This document shows, piece after piece, positions 59,282 through 64,000 of a stretch of 64,000 nt of DNA (the first letter of the stretch is position 1; each line of letters begins with the position of its first letter). The notes beneath the pieces were generated by a model. The model saw nothing but the letters and a program-made list of their open reading frames with translations, was not told the origin of the DNA and did not search any database. The translations under genes were made by a program, and so were the position numbers. The stretch comes from Eledone cirrhosa. Taxonomy: Eukaryota. The stretch spans positions 34,038,001-34,102,000 of the forward strand of contig OZ024749.1 in NCBI GenBank assembly GCA_964016885.1. Direction: 5' to 3'.

Positions 59282-61077
59282 AAATGTAATCTATAATCTA
59301 GAGATGACCTTTATATAATAAAACATGTTTAGCTTTCAAGCCAGAATACCAAGAACGTGTGACTCATGAATAAACGTTTAAGAGGTTGAGTATTCCACAG
59401 ACAAATGTACTCTTAACGTAATTCTTTGCTAGAATGAATGGGATGTAATATGTGAGAAAATTGAACCTTTGAATTACAAATATTATAAAATATTTACCCA
59501 CACTCATATGATTTGGCTCAACGTGAGGCTAGAGTAAAAAAAAAAGATACCTGCTCAAGAAACCTCACAGTAGGATTGAACTGAACGGCATATCTCACGA
59601 CTGTGAAGCGAACTTCTTAACTATATAGCCATTGCTGCATCCTTAGAATAAGAAGTATCTTATATCAACCTAAATTCATATTTGATGGAATTACAAAGCA
59701 GAAAATGTCATTAAGACAACAACTACAACAACAACAGCATCAACACATTTAGCAAACAAATGTTGATTATTATGAGAAAAAAAAACGATGACAAAAAGAA
59801 AAGTAGTTCGTAAAATGAATAATGGATGAATTATTCAACAATCGATGACAATGCATGAAATAGAGAAATTTTATGCATGAATGATGACCATCTTCAACAG
59901 CATACCGTGGCTATTATAATCAATCTGATTTGCATATCTGCCCAATGCTCTGATGTATGATAACGACGGCGATAAAAAAAATAAAGAACTATATTTTAAT
60001 GGTATGTCTTCTTATATTACGCGCCATTACATTTATTCGTATAACATATTCATACACCAATGTAGTTAAGTACCACTATCTGTGTTGTTGCTATTATTTT
60101 TCATTATACTTTTACTTGCTTCGATCATTAGACTGCGGTCATACTGTGACATTACTTTGAAGGTATTTACTCCATTGTGTTGAGCCGAGTGCTTCTTTTT
60201 TCAAGTTTGGTATTTATTTCATCGATCCCTGTTTGTCGAGCCACTAAGTTACAGTATATAATCAAATAGTGAACACAAATACAGATGCTGTCACACACCT
60301 CCCTTTGTCTCTTTATAGATATATATATATATATATTTATATATAAATACATATATCTATCTATCTCTCTCTATATATACGGCGAGTTTCCACAACCAAA
60401 TTTCAATCACAAGACTATAGTGCCTATAGTAGAAGACAATTGCACACTTGACCAAAGTACAATACAGAAGGAACCAGAAACATGAGGTTGCGAAACCAAA
60501 TCCCTAACCACATAGCCATATCTCACCTTCTTTTAAGATCGTTTACTTAATTAGTGTTTCAGTGTTCACTGTCGTAACTCTGTCGTAACTCTGTCGTAAC
60601 TCTGAACCTACTAAAGGATGCTCAAACGCAGAAAATAACTGTAAGCCTGCAAGCATAGTCAGTTACTGTAGATTATAAAACAACTTATATCTTCTACAAA
60701 CTTATTGCCTCAGCGTTTCGTAAGTACGAATGTTCGAGCTTTGCTCACGATGTATGTTTACATTCTGGAAAACTGTTTGATTCAGCTCTTAATGTATATG
60801 GTAAGATATTGTAAGAGACTTCATAGCACAATTAGCTATCATTAAAGCATTCAATTAGCTGATTAGAGCATTCAGCTGGGATCTGAGAGATACGAAAATT
60901 CGATACCTCGTAACGGCCGCTGTCAACTTCATTTTCTGTTTATAATGGGGGGGGGGGGGGCATGACTTAAATAGACAGGTAGATAGATTGATAAATAGAT
61001 AGATAGATAAATCGATAGATAGATAGATAAATCTATAGACTGACTGACAGACAGATAGATGTCTTTATTAGATAGAC

Positions 61078-61144
<67 letters not shown>

Positions 61145-62227
61145 AATTGCTACATATTTCCTCGACCCCTCTTTGACAAATGACAACCGAAGTAATTTAA
61201 ATCGAAATTTGTATTGATAATTTCTATAAACGGGTCAAAATCCTATGAATAGGATAGTATATTCGTCAATACTAAATACCATTAATACTGAATTTAGTCC
61301 GATGCTCTGCCGCCTCTTCCACTTTACAGCCTTAAGTAATATATAATTATCGACATACAAAAGATGACCGTAATCTGTTTTAATTTTTATGACATTATGA
61401 AAACCGCTTTATAGAAGTATTCCGACCTCCCATTGCGCATGAAGTGAAAGCTAGATTGTATTTAAAAGCCGTTCTATAATTCAGTTTCGTTTGAACAGGC
61501 ACCAAATTAGATTTTGTAAGAGAGAATATAGTCTACCTTAAATGTATATTAATGGTACTTACTATATCGTGCCAACTGTCCAGATTAGATTCACTGAAGC
61601 GAAATACTTATTCATCTCACATAAGCGTTATGATGGACGCCGGGCATGGCTGTATGGTAAAAACGTTTGTTTCGCTACTGCGAAGTTCTCGGTTCGTTGT
61701 CGAGCACACAGTGATACTTTCTGTAAGGTGTGTGGTTCACGTGTCTTATATCATAGGTGCAGGTTGACTACTACCATGTGAGGAGAGTGTGTTATGCGAA
61801 AGGCCGTCGTATGTGCAGTATATATGAAGTCGCATGGTTAGGATCTTCGGCTCATGATCGTAATGTCGTGAGTTCGATTCCTAGACCGGGTAACACGTTG
61901 TGTCCTTCGACAAGACTCTTTATTTCCTGTTGCTCCAGTCAACTCAGCTAGCAAAAATGAGTTTTACTCGTGAATTGTCTAACAACAACAAAAACTAATA
62001 CTTCAGTACCATTCATAAGATGGAAACTTCTGATGATAGTTAATAGTTTCTCATACAGATCTCAATTGCGTTGCCCACATATTAATATGAATACTGGTAC
62101 AGCAAGGAATATTGTTAAGGGGTGCAAATGCCTGTGGAATGCACAGTCACTTGCATGTTAATTTCATGAGCATGCAGTTCCGTTCATTAAATCAATTGGA
62201 GCACCTGTCACCCAGCAACAACATATA

Positions 62228-62600
62228 TAGGGTGGGTGGAAAGAAAGTTTCATATTGAAAATTACTTTTGATAATTTCACACCATTTGCATGAAAGAAGC
62301 AAAATATATTGTAATCCCTAAAGTAATAGAAGCTCATTGCTAATTTCTGTTTTGGGTGTTGAATGACAAGGGTAGCCTACAGTGGCACAACCCCTGGCAC
62401 AGCATGAGCCTACTCAGCTAGCATCCCGTTACAAAGTGTGGCTGACCGTGGTAAAGTGCTGAGATGATGGGTATTGTTTATGGACCTCTTGCTTCAGTAG
62501 ATGTCAAACCCATTAGAAACTGTCATTCCAAGCTGATGAGTTTAAGATCTGTGATAGATATCCACTGAAGAGGTCATTCTTCAACATCCAGATTGGAGGA
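62228..62600 (-). mobile_element. Possible heavily decayed Tc1/mariner end
   Basis: tagggtgggtggaaag resembles a Tc1/mariner terminus; only a faint echo of the W.P.SPDL motif (WISITDLK), with many stops. Confidence 0.25.
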
Positions 62601-63309
62601 AAATATACAAATGTGTATGCTGATGTATGACGGTACCGGTAAATTGATTGTCGGAAACCTGTAAACAACGACATCATTGTTCACCATTAATTCGTAAATT
62701 TTTTTTAAAATAAAAACATAATAACCATGTCCTGAAGAAGCTAATTATCGTATCAGTAATGTATGTAAATCTATTCTTTAGACATTACACCATTATCCTA
62801 TTTGCATAGTGATTCAAACATGATTACATCATTCTTATTTAAAATATATGTAGCAATTAGTTAACATTAATCAATGTTGTAACACAATTACTGCATCAAG
62901 AATCATTTTAGTCATTTAAAAGCACAAACACTTTTAGCTTTACTTTATGTGTGTGTGGGGGGGGGTTATATATATATATATATATATATATATACTGTTA
63001 TATTTGGGGTGGTCATGCTGTTAATATTGCCAATAGAAAGAAAACACACGCACCATATAATTTTCACTTTATTTCTATTGTTCGTTATTCATTCGTTTGT
63101 CTAAGTTATTTTGTCACACACTCTGTGACCTCAGATACATAAACGTGCATGTGTGCGTGGGGGGGGGGGGGGGTAAGTAAGTATGTTTTAAAACAGCGAG
63201 CGAGTTTGAAATTAGAATTAGGAGCTTTCGCCGTATTGTGACTGAGGAAAATTTGGCCTGATAGTGGGGTTTAGAATCCTCTAAGAAATGGAAAAAGATG
63301 AGTATTGAC

Positions 63310-63422
<113 letters not shown>

Positions 63423-63499
63423 GGGGTGTGTGGTGATTCAGTAGATTTGTGGTTTACTGAAGAAGGTACCTATATTAGCACTCTGAGCCTCAATGTGAA

Positions 63500-63702
63500 A
63501 CTTTGTATTTTATCTGATGAGAGCGTACCAACGTTTTGGTACCCTTGAAATATATATAATAGAACAAATATGGTTTTATAAATATAGTTTCCATTTATTA
63601 ATATCATTGATATTATACTCCAGAAAAGCTGTCGAGTGTTTCGAATCTGTTATAAATATATATATTTGTTGAATTACTAACAAATTAAATATCCCTTTGC
63701 TT
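63500..63702 (+). mobile_element. Family B copy with HHR (CTGATGA at 63514-63520)
   Basis: gag c gtacca...tggtac c ctt-GAAA-tatata-TA-atagaa. Confidence 0.8.
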
Positions 63703-63717
63703 ATATATATATATATA

Positions 63718-64000
63718 TATCTTCCTGGGGATTCCATAAGCCTGTAAGATCTTCATCAGGCAGTGACGGTCCACAGAATCAAAGGCCTTCCTAAAGTTAA
63801 TGAAAACCATGACCGCAGGAAGGCACTTTGCTTTAGCTCCCTCTAATAACCTCCTCAGCATCAGGATGTGACTGGTGGTTGATCTTCCCTCTCTGAAGCC
63901 GTTCTGGTTGTCCCTGAGCTTCTTCTCCATCTCAGACTGGATCCTGTTAAGAATCATCCTGTTGAGGGTCTTTGCCACAAGTGACGTCAGTGAGATTCCC
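63718..64000 (-). mobile_element. Non-LTR retrotransposon (RTE or RTE-X-like) reverse transcriptase fragment, interrupted by (TA)n and running off the window
   Basis: GISLTSLVAKTLNRMILNRI...QNGFREGRST...FINFRKAFDSV...ILQAYGIP are the early LINE RT motifs (Q.GF..GRS, F.DF.KAFD). Confidence 0.92.

Overview
This is AT-rich, microsatellite-saturated animal nuclear DNA, intergenic or intronic. The SINE repertoire and (TA)n/(TG)n density suggest an octopod cephalopod, which is inference only. No intact host gene is supported. Nearly all ORF-track calls are translated simple repeats, and the only recognisable protein fragments are decayed RTE-type LINE pieces (21.5, 46.0-46.6, 58.1 and 63.7-64 kb). 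Conventional repeats are tRNA-derived SINEs (at least three families) and hAT and Tc1/mariner-type MITEs. The main signal is a dense set of short elements inserted into (TA)n or (CA)n tracts. They carry minimal type I hammerhead ribozymes (HHRs) with palindromic stem III, in roughly ten sequence families, many as head-to-head inverted pairs, which fits Penelope-like element (PLE) pLTRs or non-LTR retrozymes. The highlights are (i) a 310-bp, hairpin-rich, HHR-bearing tandem array with an inverted arm at 35965-37826, (ii) a tRNA-cloverleaf-headed SINE-like element with the same integration signature at 48314-48708, (iii) about 15 copies of a ~150-bp element keeping only the 3' half of an HHR with a fixed 5' end, and (iv) HHR core variants (U3/A8, CAGAAGA, U-U at the base of stem II). 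All folds were read by eye.
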